A stretch of DNA of 64,000 bases from positions 57,600,001 through 57,664,000 of the forward strand of contig NC_086097.1 in assembly GCF_963921235.1 (NCBI RefSeq). The letters are read 5' to 3'. Source of the stretch: Mobula hypostoma. Its lineage: Eukaryota. A model generated the notes under the pieces. The model saw nothing but the letters and a program-made list of their open reading frames with translations. It made no database searches and had not been told where the DNA came from. The position numbers and the translations under genes are program-made. Shown piece after piece: positions 39,120-52,609 of this stretch (the first letter of the stretch is position 1; each line of letters begins with the position of its first letter).

Positions 39120-40960
39120 TACTTAAATTTCCAAGAAGGCAATTTACAAGGTGTCTCTTAAGAAGTTGTGCTCAAATTAAAAGTCCACTGCACTGGAGGA
39201 ATTGTGTTAACATAGAAAACTAGTTGACCCATAGAAAACAAAGAATTGAAATAAATGGTCCTTATCAGGCTGGAGAGATATAACTAATTAAATATTCCAG
39301 GAAGGAGAGAACAAAACGTAAGGTTTCCAAGTTTGCTGAAGAAATGAAAATAGGTGGAGGGGCATGTTATGATGAGGACTTTGTTATTCTCAGAATCAGA
39401 ATCAGAATCAGGCTTATTGTCACTGGCATATGTTAGGAAATGTGTTGTTAGTCCAAGACATAACAAATTACAGTAAGTTACAATAATAAATAAATCATGC
39501 AGAAGAGGAATAGTGTAGTGAGACAGTGTTCATGGGTTCATGAACTGCTTTCTGCACAGGATATAAATAAATCAAGTGATCATGTGAAATCCGGACAAAT
39601 GGAAGTTAATGTGTGCGAAGTGTGAGGTCACGCACTTGAATAAGAGGTATCATAAAGTGGGCTATCTAAATGGAGAGAGACTGCAAATGAGTGAGGTTCT
39701 GAGGGATCTAGATGTTCTAGTTCATGAATTACAGAATGTTAGTAGTCAGATCCAACAAATATTTAAGAAGGCTAGTGACATATTGGCCTTTATTGTGAAG
39801 GGGTTGGAATTTAAGAAAAGGCTACACAGTTGTGGTTCTCTTTCCGAAAAGACAATATAATTCCAGGGATAGAATCAGCTGAAAAATCTATCAAGAGAGG
39901 ACAGACTATTTGCTTCCATATTCCTTGGAGCTTGGAAAAGTAGAGGATGACCTTATTCATTCATATAAGATCCTAAGGGGCTTTACAGGCAAGATATTGA
40001 GATTTTTTCACTAGTGGGGTAACCATAAATAAAGGGGCATAGCTGGAAAATAAGGCCTGGGAATTCTAAACTGATGTCTATGAAAAGATTACAAGTTTGC
40101 CAGTGATACTAAAATTCACTACTCTCCTATGGTAATAAATCTCTGGAATTCTCTGCCCTCGAGTGGAACATGTTTCAGTAGAAGCCAGTTCATTGGATAT
40201 AGTTAAGGTGGAGATAGATAAATATTTGAAAGCTAAGGAATAATGGGGAACTGGCACAAAAGATCGATTAAAGCCAGCCTAGGCCAGCCAAGTTTATATT
40301 GAATGACAGGACGGACTTGAGGGGCCTGCTTCTTAAACTCTGGACCGCACCTGGACCCAACCAACGAGGCCCACCACGTTCCCGGAGACCCGCGGTCTGT
40401 GAGCAGTTTGGTCCCGTTATCTAAGAAAGGATGTGCTGACATTGGAGAGGGTTCAAAGGAGGTTCACGAAAACGATTCCAGGATTGAAAGGCTTGTCATA
40501 TGAGGAGTGTTTGGTGGCTTTGGGCCTGTACTCACTGGTACTCAGAAGAATGAGAGGGCTTTGAAACTTACTGAACATTAAAAGACCTCAACATAGTTGA
40601 TGTGGGGAGGATGTTTCCTATGGTGTGAGAGTCTAAGACCAGAAGACACAGCTTCAGAATAGAGGGACATCCATTTAAAACAGAGAAAAAGAGGGATTTC
40701 TTTAACTAGAGAGTGGTGAATCTGTGGAATTTGTTGCCACAGCCAACTGTGGAGCCAGGTCATTGGGTATGTTTAAGGTAGAGGTTGATAAATTCTTGAT
40801 TAGTCAGGGCATGAAGGGCTACGGAGAAATGGCAGGAGACTGGGAGAGGGGGAAATGAATTAGCCATGATGAAATAGTGGAGAAGACTTGATGGGCCAAA
40901 ATCTGCTCCTATAGCTTATGAAATATATCATGTATCATATATAAGACTATATATCTTTAT
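39120..40960 (+). mobile_element. Cluster of decayed CR1 3' fragments
   Basis: RT C-terminal remnants (ORF 39609-39860) and CR1 3' UTR ends near 40330 and 40920. Confidence 0.7.
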
Positions 40961-40964
40961 GGTC

Positions 40965-43450
40965 TTAATTATCCCTAATAAGTCCCTGTCTATACAAATA
41001 CTTATATATCTGGTCCCTTAGAATACCATCCAATAACTTTACCACTACTGATGTAAGGCTGACTGGCCTATAATTTCCTGTCTTATTCGTAGAACCTTTC
41101 TTCAACAATGGAACAACATTAACTATCCTCCACTCCTCTGGCACCTCACAAGGGTGTTTTAAACATCTCTGCTGGGGTCCCTGCAAATTCTGCACTAGCT
41201 TCAAGACAGCATACACTTTCTTTTCTGTAATCTGTATAGGGTCCATGACTTCGCTGTTGCATTGCCTCATATCTATAGACTCCGTGTCCATCTCCTGAGT
41301 AAATACAGATGCAAAAAATCGATTTAAGATCAACCCCATCTCTTTTGGCTTCACTCGTAGATTACCACTCCGATCTTCCAATTTTGCCCCTTGCTATCCT
41401 TTTGCTCGTAATATATCTGTAGAAGCCCTTAGGATTCTTCTTCACCTTGACTGCCAGAGAAACCTCATACCATTTTTTAGCCCTTCTGCCTTTCAAGTGT
41501 TCTCTTGCATTTCTTATACTTCTCAAGTCCCTCATCTGTTCCTGCCTGCCTTTACCTACTACGCACCTCCTTTTTCTTAATCAGGGTCTCAATATCTCTC
41601 AAAAACCAAGTTTCCCTGCACCTGTTATCCTTGCCTTTTATTCTGACAGAAACATACAAACTCTGTTCTCTCAAAATTTCACTTTTGAAGCCTTCCCACT
41701 TACTAAGTACACTTTTGCCAAAAATCAGCCTGTCCCAATCCATACTTGCCAGATCCTTTCTGATTCCATCAAAATCAAAGGACCTTACACAAACTTCGGT
41801 TAGTTGCCCTGTTTCATTCCCTAATAGGAGATCCATTTTCACACTCGCTCTAGCTGGGACTTCTGTGTACTGATTAAGGAAACTTTCCTGAACACATTTG
41901 ATAAACTCTTTCCCAAACACATCTGATAAACTCTTTCCCATCCAACCCTTTTACAGTAATGGAGTCCCAGTCAATACATAGAACGTAAAAATCACCTACT
42001 ATCTGAACCTTTTGTTTCTTGCAACAGCTTGTGATCTCTCTACAAATTTGCCCCTAAATCCCACAGACTGTTGGGTGGTCTATAATATAATCCCATTAAA
42101 GTGGCCATACCTTTCTTATTCCGCAGTCCTACCAATAAAGCCCTACTAGATGAGCTCTCCAGTCTGTCCTGACAGCATTGACGTAACATTTTCCCTGACA
42201 CATTTTCCCTGACACATTTTCCCTGTCCCCCTTTAATCCCTTCTGCTCTATCACATCTAAAGCAACGGAATCCCAGAACGTTGAGCTGAGAGTCCTGCCC
42301 GTCCTGCAAGCAATCCTCACTAATGGTTGCAATGTTATAATTCCACACATTGATCCATGCCCTAATCTCTTCCGCCTTTCCTACAATACTATTAAATATA
42401 TGCAGCCAGACCGCTAGTCCCACCATGCTCAACCTTTTGTATGTAGGCTTAGGAACATCTTTCTCCACCACCACACTACTATCTGTTCTGGTGTTCTTGT
42501 TCCCATCCCCCTACAACTCTAGTTTAACCCCCCACCCACAGCAACACTAGCAAGCCTTCCCACTAGGATATTAGTCCTCCTCTAGTTCAGGCGCCAACCG
42601 TCCTACTGTACAGGTCCCACCTTCCCTAGAAGAGAGCCTAATGATCCAAAAATCTGCAGCCCTCTGCACCATCTCCTAAGCCTAATGTTAATCTGTATGA
42701 TCTTCCTATTTCTGGCTCATTAGCACATGGCATTGGTTGCAATCCTGAGATCACAACCCTAGAGGTCCTGTCCTTTAACTTAGTACGTAACTCCCTGAAC
42801 CCACTTTGCAGATCCTCCTCACCCCTCCTCCCCATGTCATTGGTACTGACGTGGACCACAATCTCTGCCTACTCATCCTTCCACTTAAGGATGCTGTGAT
42901 CTTGATCTGAGATGTCCCTGGAATCATTTTCACAGACCTGGCATCCAGGAGGCAACATACCATCTGGGAATCTTGTTCTCGTCTACAGAACCTCCTTTCT
43001 GTTTCTCTAAACAATGAATCCTCTATCACTACAACGCACCTCTTCTCCCCTCTTCTCCCCGCTTCCCCCTTCCCTTCTGAGCCACAAAGCCAGACTCAGG
43101 GACCTCACTGCTGGGTCATCCCACCAATAGTTTCCAAAGCCGTATATCTGTTGTTAAGGGCAATGGCCACCTGGGTACTCTGCACTGGCTACCTACCCCC
43201 TTTCCACCTCTTGATTGTCACCTGTGTCCTGTAATTTGGAAGTTCTGTCTATCAGCTCTTTAGCCTCCTGAATGAAGGAGTTCATCCAGTTTCAGCTCCA
43301 ACTCTTTAACACGCTTTATTAGAAGCTGCAGCTGGGTGCACTTCTTGCAGATGTAGTCATCAGGGACACTTCGGGTCTTGCTGTCATCCCACATTCCGCA
43401 AGTACGGCATTCCAGTATTCTGCCTGGCATCCCCACTGGTCTAAATGTGC
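40965..43450 (-). mobile_element. CR1 LINE 5' half: ORF1 SGNH esterase, endonuclease and RT start, decayed
   Basis: VHVSTND (42638-42859), GLYYRPPNS and GNYRPVSLTS. Confidence 0.88.
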
Positions 43451-45889
43451 AATAATAAAGAAAGAAAGAATAAATAACAAAAAAAATCTAACTATGGCCT
43501 ACACCTCTCCTTGCCAAAGCCTCAACTCCCCACTCTATCGATGGCCACTCCACTTAAACCTAACTTCTTTTTATTGGACCTTGCCAAGTGCCTGATTATG
43601 TTCAATCCAATGTCTCCTTGGGAACTGAGATATGTAAAGTGTGCCAACTGCCCCCACTCGCTTCTTTTAAACTCTCTGTCCCTCTACGCATTCCGATGTC
43701 TCCTTGGGATCTGTGGCACACACAGAGAAAGGATAGATAGTCAGAGTATTTTTCCAGTGTGGAAATGTCAAATACTAGACAGCAAAAGCTTTAAGGTGAG
43801 ATGGGGAAAGGAGATTCCCAAAGCAAATTTTTTACACAGTGTGTGATAGGTGTCTGGAATGCACTGCTTGGGGAAGTGGTGGACGCAGATACAAAAGAAT
43901 ATCAATGTTTAAGGGGCACAGACAGACACATGAACAGGCAGGGAATAGAGGGATATAAACCATGTACAGGAAGATGGGATTGGCTTTGACTGGCATCTGA
44001 CTGGCTGTATTGTTTTATGGTCAGTGTTCTATGTGCTGTCATGGCTGATCTTTCAACTCACCACTATCTTCCTCCCCTCTTCCCCTATCTTTTGTTCTTC
44101 TTTAGTATTCAGACTTCTATTGATAAGAGCAAGGCCCTAGCCTACTCAGTTTTTTTCTCATATGGTAGATTAACCATCCCAAAAACTAGCTTGCAAATCT
44201 TAGTTGCACTCCTTTTATAGAAAGTACACCCTTCCTTAGGAATTGGTTACAATACTCCAGATATGGTCTCCCCAAGACACTACGTAATTGCTGTAAGATA
44301 CATCGAAAATGTAAATTTGTACTCAAATCCTCTTTCAATAAAGTCCAGTTCACTGTTTGCCTTCTTCACAGTCTGCTGGACCTGTGTGTTAATTTTCAGT
44401 GACTTCTGTACAGGACATCAAGGTCCCTTTGAACATCAACATTTCTCAAGCTCTCAATATTGAAATAAATATGCAGGTTTTCTGTTTCGTTTACTGAAGC
44501 TGAAAACTTTGCATTTTTCAGTTTGTTCTCCATCTGCCCTATTGTTGTCAGTCAGTATCCCTCTCTCTGTTTTTCACAGATTGGTCACGATGCATTGGCT
44601 TTAGAGTAAACATTGTGAGTAAAATTATAAAATATGTGTTTTGCACAGTCATAAAGCAAAGATCCAGTTACACAGGAGTGAAACTGGACTGAAAAAATTG
44701 GCTGCTAAGTATTAAAAGGAAATCTGGGGTTGGGGGCAGGGGGGAGGGGAGGAAATTGGATAAGGATGCGAAAAGTACAGCACTGCCAGGAAAAAAAACA
44801 ATATGGGGGGTGTGATTTAATGGGGCTTAATACAACTGTGCTACTAACCTGGGGAATGCAAAGCAGAAGTTAACAGAACTATAATAAAAGTGACCGTGTT
44901 GACTATAATTCATTTAAATGCTAAGCTGGCAGGAATCCTTCTTGGTTACACAGTGAATGTTTGTATTTGTAAGATATTCAGCAGTGTGCTCATTATTAAT
45001 TTGTGGAGGCCCTGTTGCATGGTTCATAATAAGTTGGTGTCCAGTAGTGCTGCCCTGACTGTCCATTTTGTCTTCATTTTTTTGCTTGTATTCGGCTTGG
45101 GCTTCTTGCCTCTCTCCTGTTTTTTCTCTCCCTTTGCTGTTCTTGCCCTTTGTTTTTAACTGCTTTCCCTCCAAGCTTTGCTTATATGGATTTCATTTTT
45201 GAAGTTTTCTTAAGCAGCATGTTTTTCATGGTTTCTTCTTGAAATTAATTTAATATGTTTTCATTTCCATATAATTTTCCTGTATTTATTTCATTTGTTT
45301 TCTCTTCATATATAACAGATGTTATGCATTTTAAGCAAAGTAACAGCAGGAGAGGCAGCAGCCAAGGCAGTGTTAGCCCCTTTGAGGCTCAGAGTGGAAA
45401 GTCATGAAAAGTCTATAAAAGGTTTTTGGAGTCGAGCCAAAAATACAGGAGGCAGTGGGAGACAATCTAAGAAGCAGGCAGGAAAGCCTAGGGCTACAAA
45501 TGCAGCCTAATGTTAAATCCTTTGCATATAATCATGATGCTGCACAGATCCCAGTGTGTTTATTGTTAAGTTTTGTCTGCACAATGCCAAGGCCAATATA
45601 TATGGTTTATACTACGGCCTAACTGCTCCCCGTGGATATAAAGAATGTGAATTCTTATTTTATTTTATTGAGATGCAGTGTGGAATAGGTCTTTCTGGCC
45701 CTTCGTGCCGCATTGCCCAGCAATCTCCCAATTTAATCCTACCCTATTTACAGGACAATCTACAATGACCAGTTAACCAAGCAATGTCTTTGAATTGTGG
45801 AAGGAAACTGGAACACCCAGAGGAAACCCACAGGGTCACAGGTAGAAAGTACATACTCCTTACTGGCAGTGGCAGGAATTGAACCTGGG

Positions 45890-46848
45890 TCAAGTCAAGT
45901 CAAGTCACTTTTTATTGTCATTTCGACCATAACTGCTGGTACAGTACACAGTAAAAACGAGACAACGTTTTTCAGGACCATGGTGCTACATGAACAATAC
46001 AAAAACTACACTGAACTACGTAAAAAACAACAAAAAACTACACTAGACTACAGACCTACCCAGGACTGCATAAAGTGCACAAAACAGTGCAGGCATTACA
46101 ATAAATAATAAACAAGACAATAAGCACAGTAGAGGGCAGTAGGTTGGTGTCAGTCCAGGCTCTGGGTATTGAGGAGTCTGATGACTTGGGGGAAGAAACT
46201 GTTACATAGTCTGGTCGTGAGAGCCTGAATACTTTGGTGTCTTTTGCCAGATGGCAGGAGGGAGAAGAGTTCATGTGAGGGGTGTGTGGGGTCCTTCATA
46301 ATGTTGTTTGCCTTATGGATGCAGGGTGTTGTGTAAATGTCTCTAATGGCGGGAAGAGAGACCCCGATGATTTTCTCAGCCTACCTCACTATGTACTGCA
46401 GTGTCTTGCGATCCGAGATGGTGCAATTTCCGAACCAGGCAGTGATGCATCTGCTCAGGATGCTCTCAATACAACCTCTGTAGAATGTGGTGAGGATAGG
46501 GGGTGGGAGATGGACTTTTCTTCGCCTTCACAGAAAGTAGAGACGCTGCTGGGCCTTCTTTGCTATGGAGCTGGTGTTGAGGGACCAGGTGAGATTCTCC
46601 ACCAGGTGAACACCAAGAAATTTGGTGCTCTTAACGATCTCTACGGAGGAGTCGTCGATGTTCAGTGGAGAGTGGTTGCTCCGTGTCCTTCTGAAGGCAA
46701 CAACCATCTCTTTTGTTTTGTTCACATTCAGAGACAGGTTGTTGGCTCTGCACCAGTGTATTAGCCGTTGCACCCTGTATGCTGACTCATCGGTCTTGCT
46801 GATGAGACCCACCACGGTTGTGTCATCGGCGAACTTGATGATGTGGTC
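45890..46848 (-). mobile_element. Rex1/L2-like LINE inserted in a tRNA SINE (~45660-46893)
   Basis: IIKFADDTTVVGLI (46528-46878) and (ACTTG)n tail. The SINE halves rejoin at ggtc. Confidence 0.85.
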
Positions 46849-47472
46849 GCTTGTACTGTAAAGTGTTGGGCTAACCACTATACTATCATGCCATCACTAA
46901 GTCATGGATTTGGTTAGGACTATATTATTAGATTATGTCTATAGTGTAACAGAATTATTTTAACCAGCATTTGGATGGACTTGGTAGAAGTACACTTTCA
47001 TTATGAATGGATTCAACTATTTCCAAATGTTCAGCAATTTGGGAACAGTATTATTGATAAACCTGGCTTTACTGGCATGCCAATTATTCATGTTTTAATT
47101 TCATTACTCTGTATTTTTAATTATCCCCTTGCTGTCTAGGTGTCAGTGATGGTTACCCTCCACTGATAAATCCAAGTATAGGTGACTGATATACAGCTGA
47201 AGCCTTGATCCCATCCTAATTTGTGTAATTTTATGTGAACTGTGTAATTCTGTGTGTACATAATAAAGAACTTCAGTTCCCAGTGGGCAATGTGGCTGAT
47301 TCACCCGGAACTGGAAGTGATATCGGTGAAGGGGACACACATGCTCTTGGCAGGCTAGAGGGTCCTGGAGTAAAATGTGGTCAAGCTGAAGCCATTTTGA
47401 AAATCTGTTAATAAAATAGTTCTAGTGTTTTTATCCATGCAAGTTTATCTTTGGTAAAAAAGATACGTAACA

Positions 47473-47485
47473 TGGTGTCAGAAGT
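47473..47485 (+). promoter_or_regulatory. Primer-binding site complementary to the 3' end of tRNA-Leu
   Basis: TGGTGTCAGAAGT directly after the LTR-terminal CA. Confidence 0.8.
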
Positions 47486-48130
47486 TGGTGTGAGGTCTAA
47501 CTATGAAGCGCAACTGAAAACCCAAGCGACTAAGAAAGAGATACTAGGTTCCAACGGAGAGAAGCTGCTGGCAAGAGAGTACGCTGTTTCGAAGCTCACA
47601 AAGAGATTGAGGTGAGAGCCCAAAAATCCCCTCAATGGATAACTGAAGTCCCCCGGCAGCTATGCAGTTTACTGGCAATTTAACTGATAACTGGAAATGT
47701 TGCAAACAGCAGTTCAATATATATTTAGCAGCAACCAGAGCCAGCGGGGCAAAGGAAAAATTAAAAGCGTGTATCTTTCTACACGTAAGATACTTTGGAT
47801 ATCTACAGCGGCTTTCAAGTTGATGAAACAGACTTAAATTTGGACACTCTGATGAGTATTTTGAGTATTTTGTCCCAAGTTAAAACATCATGTTTGAAAG
47901 ATATTAATTATTTTCCTGTGAACAGAAACAGGGTCTTAACTTTGACCAATACTTAGCTGAGCTTCACATATTGAGTAAGTTCTGTGAGTCTGGAAATTTG
48001 AGAGACTCACTAGTTAGAGAGAAAATAGTTTGTGGAATCCCAGATAATGTTCTCAGAGAAAAATTGCTCCATGAAGAAAATTAATGTTAGAAAAGGCTGT
48101 GAACATGTATGGGACAGCAGAGCCCCCACA

Positions 48131-50793
48131 AAAAAGAATGGCATCAAATCAGTAGAAAGATGGGACATAGGATCAGAAGATGTTGAATCCTTGTGGGTTG
48201 AGTTAAAAAATTGCAAGGGTAAAAGGATGTTGATGGCAGTTATATGCAGGCCTCCCAACAGTGGCTGGAAGTTGGGCCACAGGTTACAACAGAAAATAGA
48301 AAAGGTGTGTCAAAAGGGCAATGTTATGGTCGTCATGGGAGATTTTAACATGCAGGATGATTGGGAAAATCAGGTTGGTAATGGATCTCAAGAGAGTGAG
48401 TTTGTTAATTGCCTAAGGGATGGCTTTTTAGAGCAGTTTGTCATTGAGCCTACCAGGGGATCAGCTATACTGGATTAGGTGTTATGCAATGAATCGGAGG
48501 CGATTAGCGAGCCTAAGGTAAAAGTACCCTTAGGAACCAGTGATCTCAATATGATTGAGTTCAGCTTGAAATTTGATAGGGAGAAAGAAAAGTCTGATGC
48601 AGCAGTATTTCAGTGGAGTAAGGGAAATTACATTGGTGTGAGAGAGGAGTTGGCCAAAGTAAATTGGAAGGAGCTGCTGGCAGGGATGTCAGCAGAGCAG
48701 CAAAGGCGTTCATTTCTGGGAAAAAATGAGGAAGGTGCAGGACATGTATATTCCAAAAATGAAGAAATACTCAAATGGCAAAATAGTACAACCGTGGCTG
48801 ACAAGGGAAGTCAAAGCTATTGTAAAAGCAAAAGGAAGGGCATACAACAAAACAAAAATTAGTGGGAAGATAGAGGATTGGGAAGTTTTTAAAAACCTAC
48901 AGAGAGCAACTAAACAATTCATTAGAAGGGAAAAGATGAAGTATGAAAGCAAGCTAGCAAATAATATCAAAGTGGATAGTAAAAGTTTTTTCAAGTGTGT
49001 TAAAAATAAAAGAAATGAGAGTGGCTATAGGACTGCTAGAAAATGAGGCAGGAGAAATAATACCGGGGGACAAGGAGATGGCTGATGAACTAAATGAGTA
49101 TTTTGCATCAGTCTCCACTGTGAAAGACACTAACAGTATGCTTGATGTTAGAGTGTGTAAAGAAAGAGAAGTGGATGCAGTTACTATTATGAGAGAGAAG
49201 GTGCTTAAAAAGATAAAAGACCTAAAGGTACACAAGTCACCCGGACCAGATGAACTGCACCCTAGGGTTCTGAAAGAGGTAGCGGGAGAGATTGTGGTGG
49301 GCATTAGAAATGATCTTTCAAAAATCATTGGACTCTGGCATGGTGCCTGAGGTCTGGAAAACTGCAAATGTCACTCCACTCTTTAAGAAAGGAGGAAGGC
49401 AGCAGAAAGAAAATTATAGACCATTTAGCCAGACCTCAGTGGTTGGGAAGATGTTAGAGTCAATAGTTAAGGATGAGGTGATGGAGTACTTGGTAACACA
49501 GGACAAGATAGTACAAAGTCAGCATGGTTTCCTTCAGGGAAAATCCTGCCTGATGAACCTGTTGGAATTCTTTGAGGAGATTACAAGTAGGATAGATAAA
49601 GGCGATGCCATGGATGTTGTACATTTGAACTTTCAGAAGGCCTTTGACAAGGTGACACACATGAGGCTGCTTACCAAGTTAAGAGCCCATGGTATTACAG
49701 GAAAGTTACTAACATGGTTAGAGCATTGGCAGATTGGTAGGAGGCTGCGAATGGGAATAAAAGGATCCTTTTCTGGTTGGTTGCCAGTGACTAGTGGTGT
49801 TCCGTAGAGGTTGGTATTAGGACCACTTCTTTTTATGCTGTATGCAAATGATTTAGATGATGGAATAGATGGCTTTGTTGCCAAATTTGCAGATGATACA
49901 AAGATCGGTGGAGGGGCAGGTAGTGTTGAGGAAACAGGTTGGATGCAGAAGGACTTGGCCAGATTAGGAGAATGGGCAAGGAACTGGCAAATGAAATACA
50001 ATGTTGAAAAATGCATGGTCATGCACTTTGGTAGTAGAAATAAATACATGGACTACTTTCTAAACAGGGAGAAAATCTGAAAATCTGAGATGCAAAGGGA
50101 CTTGGGAGTCCTTGTGCAGAACACCTAAAGGTTAACTTGCAGGTCAGGCTGGTGGTGAGGAAGGCAAATGCCATATTAGCATTCATTTCAAGAGGTCTAG
50201 AAGGATGTGATGTTGAGGCTTTATAAGGCACTGGTGAGGCCTCATCTTGCTTATTGTGAACAGTTTTGGGCCCCTCATCTCAGAAAAGATGTGCTGGCAT
50301 CGGAGAGGTTCACATGGATGATTCCAGGAATGAGAGGGTTATCATACGAGGAACGTTTAATGGCACTGGGTCTGTACTTGCTGGAATTCAGAAGCATGAG
50401 GGGGAATCTCATTGAAACCTTTCGAATGTTGAAAGGCCTAGACAGAGTAGACGTGGAAAGGATGGTTCCCATGGTGGGAGAGTCTAGGACAAGGGAGCAC
50501 AGCCTCAAGCACCCTATCAAAACAGAGATGTGGAGAAATTTCTTTCGCCAAAGGGTGGTAAATTTGTGGAAGTTGTTGCCACATGCAGCTGTGGAGGCCA
50601 GGTCGTTGGGTGTATTTAAGGCAGAGATTGATAGGTTCTTGATTGGACATGGCATCAAAGGTTACAGGGAGAAGGCCAGCATCTGGGGTTGAGGAGAAGA
50701 GAAAAAACAAGGATTAGCCATAATTGAATGGCGGAGCAGACTCGATGGGCCAGATGGTCTAATTCTGCTCCTGTGTGTTATGGTCGTACGGCC
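48131..50793 (+). mobile_element. CR1 LINE ORF2 inserted in Gypsy gag
   Basis: MGDFN endonuclease motif, RT fragments and 3' tail. Confidence 0.93.
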
Positions 50794-52247
50794 TAATCTC
50801 AAGCTAAAGAGCTGCACAGGGCAGAACCAACAGTGCATGCTATGAAGACAGAGGGGCAGAGCACAAGGTGTTTCCCAAAGCAACAGCATAGTAAAGAAGT
50901 GGGATCAAGTGGTAACTGCAGTTAATTCGGAAGAGGAATCATTCCGTAAAGTGCAGCAAAGCTACCAAGAGAAAGGTGCACACAGTTGCTGAGGAGATGG
51001 AAGAACTCTTTGTAGATTCTCTGCAGACTGTTGGTGAGACAGAATGGATTGTTCCAGTGACTGCAAATGAGACAATAATTCCATTCAAGCTTGACACAGG
51101 AGCCCAGGTGAATCTGTTATCCATGGATGATTACAAGTCCCTCAAAGTAAAGAGCAAGATTTACCCAGTGAAGTTAAAAGTGACTGTCTATAATGGAGAG
51201 AATGTTACAGTAAAAGGATTTGTATAGTGACCTTGAAGCACAAGGGGCAGCGCCTAAAGGCATGGCTACTGGATGTAGAAAAGAGAATCCAGCCAATATT
51301 AGAAAAGTGTGAAAAGCTTAACTTTTTGTGAAGAGTTTTTGTAGGGGCTTAACAGACCAGCGATGACCAGGCAATACTCAATAAAGAGTACGCAGATGTC
51401 TTTGAAGGGCTCAGATGCTTACCTGATTTAACTCAAGAAACTTATAATAGCATTCAGGAGAGATCCAGAGGGGTTGTACAGGAGAAGCAGAAGAACTCTA
51501 CCTTCCAGAGACATCTGTACCAGCTACACCACCACGACAGTCAGGATTCCAGTGTGGAACAGAGTGATCATGATGAAGAAGTCGCCAGTTTTGCTACATC
51601 ACACAGCTGTAGTTTAAAATCTGTCTCTCATCGACTCCAGTTTAAGACTGGAAATCAAAAATATCTCCACGATTCTCTCCGAAGTTGAAGAGGAAAAATA
51701 AAAAAAGAAGATGGGTGAACACACAGGTCAGAACTATAGCAACAAGTCAGCACAGACCGACAGGAGGAGTTGCAGTCTATGATATACAGCGAACAGAAGG
51801 AGCTCCGTTAATTGAGACAGACTCAGTTGGAACTTGTGCAAAGATTCACTGATCACATGGATGTATTCCAGGGCTCCATTATGAGGCAAGAACAACAAGA
51901 ACAAAAGCAAAGGCGAACAGATAAAATCTTGGCAAAAGGATGTGAAAGAATTGAACACATAGATCAGAGTTCTCAAAAGGACACTGGTATTAATGCAGCA
52001 AGTGAAAGCAAGATATCAGTGGAAACAAATAACAATCCTAAAGGGTTCGTTAAGCCGCTACAGTGACAGATTGAGAGTGGCTGAGTGAATGGGGGACTGT
52101 ATTTGCTTATTACAATTGAAGTTAATGTAAAAATCTTAGGAAAACATTATTGTGCTTTGCAGACTTATGAGGACATTGTATTGTGTTTGTTTTCCTTTAA
52201 AGGGTGATGGTGTGTTATTATGTGTGTACATGGTAAAGAACTTCAGT

Positions 52248-52609
52248 CAACACATACAAAATGCTGGAGGAACCCAGCAGGTCAGGCAGCATCTATAAAA
52301 GAGTGTAAACAGTTAACATTTCCAGCTGAGACCCTTCATCACGACTGGTTGTGGGTTTGGGTGAGCATATGGTCGAAAGTCGGAAGGCAGCAGAGATTAC
52401 GGGGGGAGCAGTGAGAGAGGGTTTTACTGAAATCCCGTCAAAGGGAAGAGACTTTGCAGTGTAGCAGTAGTACAAAGATGAGAAAATCTGCAGATGCTGG
52501 AAACCCAAGCAACACACAAAATGCTGGAGGAACTCACCAATACGTTGACTGTTTGCTCTTTTCCTGGCCTTCTGAGTTCATATAGCATTTTGTGTGCAGA
52601 TTTTCTCAT
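52248..52609. mobile_element. Older rearranged PLE terminal-repeat insertion inside the 3' LTR
   Basis: TSD taaagaacttcagt at 52234-52247 and taaagaactttagt at 52610-52623; degenerate hammerhead at 52311-52346 (minus). Confidence 0.8.

Noticed and set aside
41892..42225. Short direct repeats (25-bp x2, 12-bp x3)
   Set aside because: Local slippage inside a CR1. No spacers, so not CRISPR-like.
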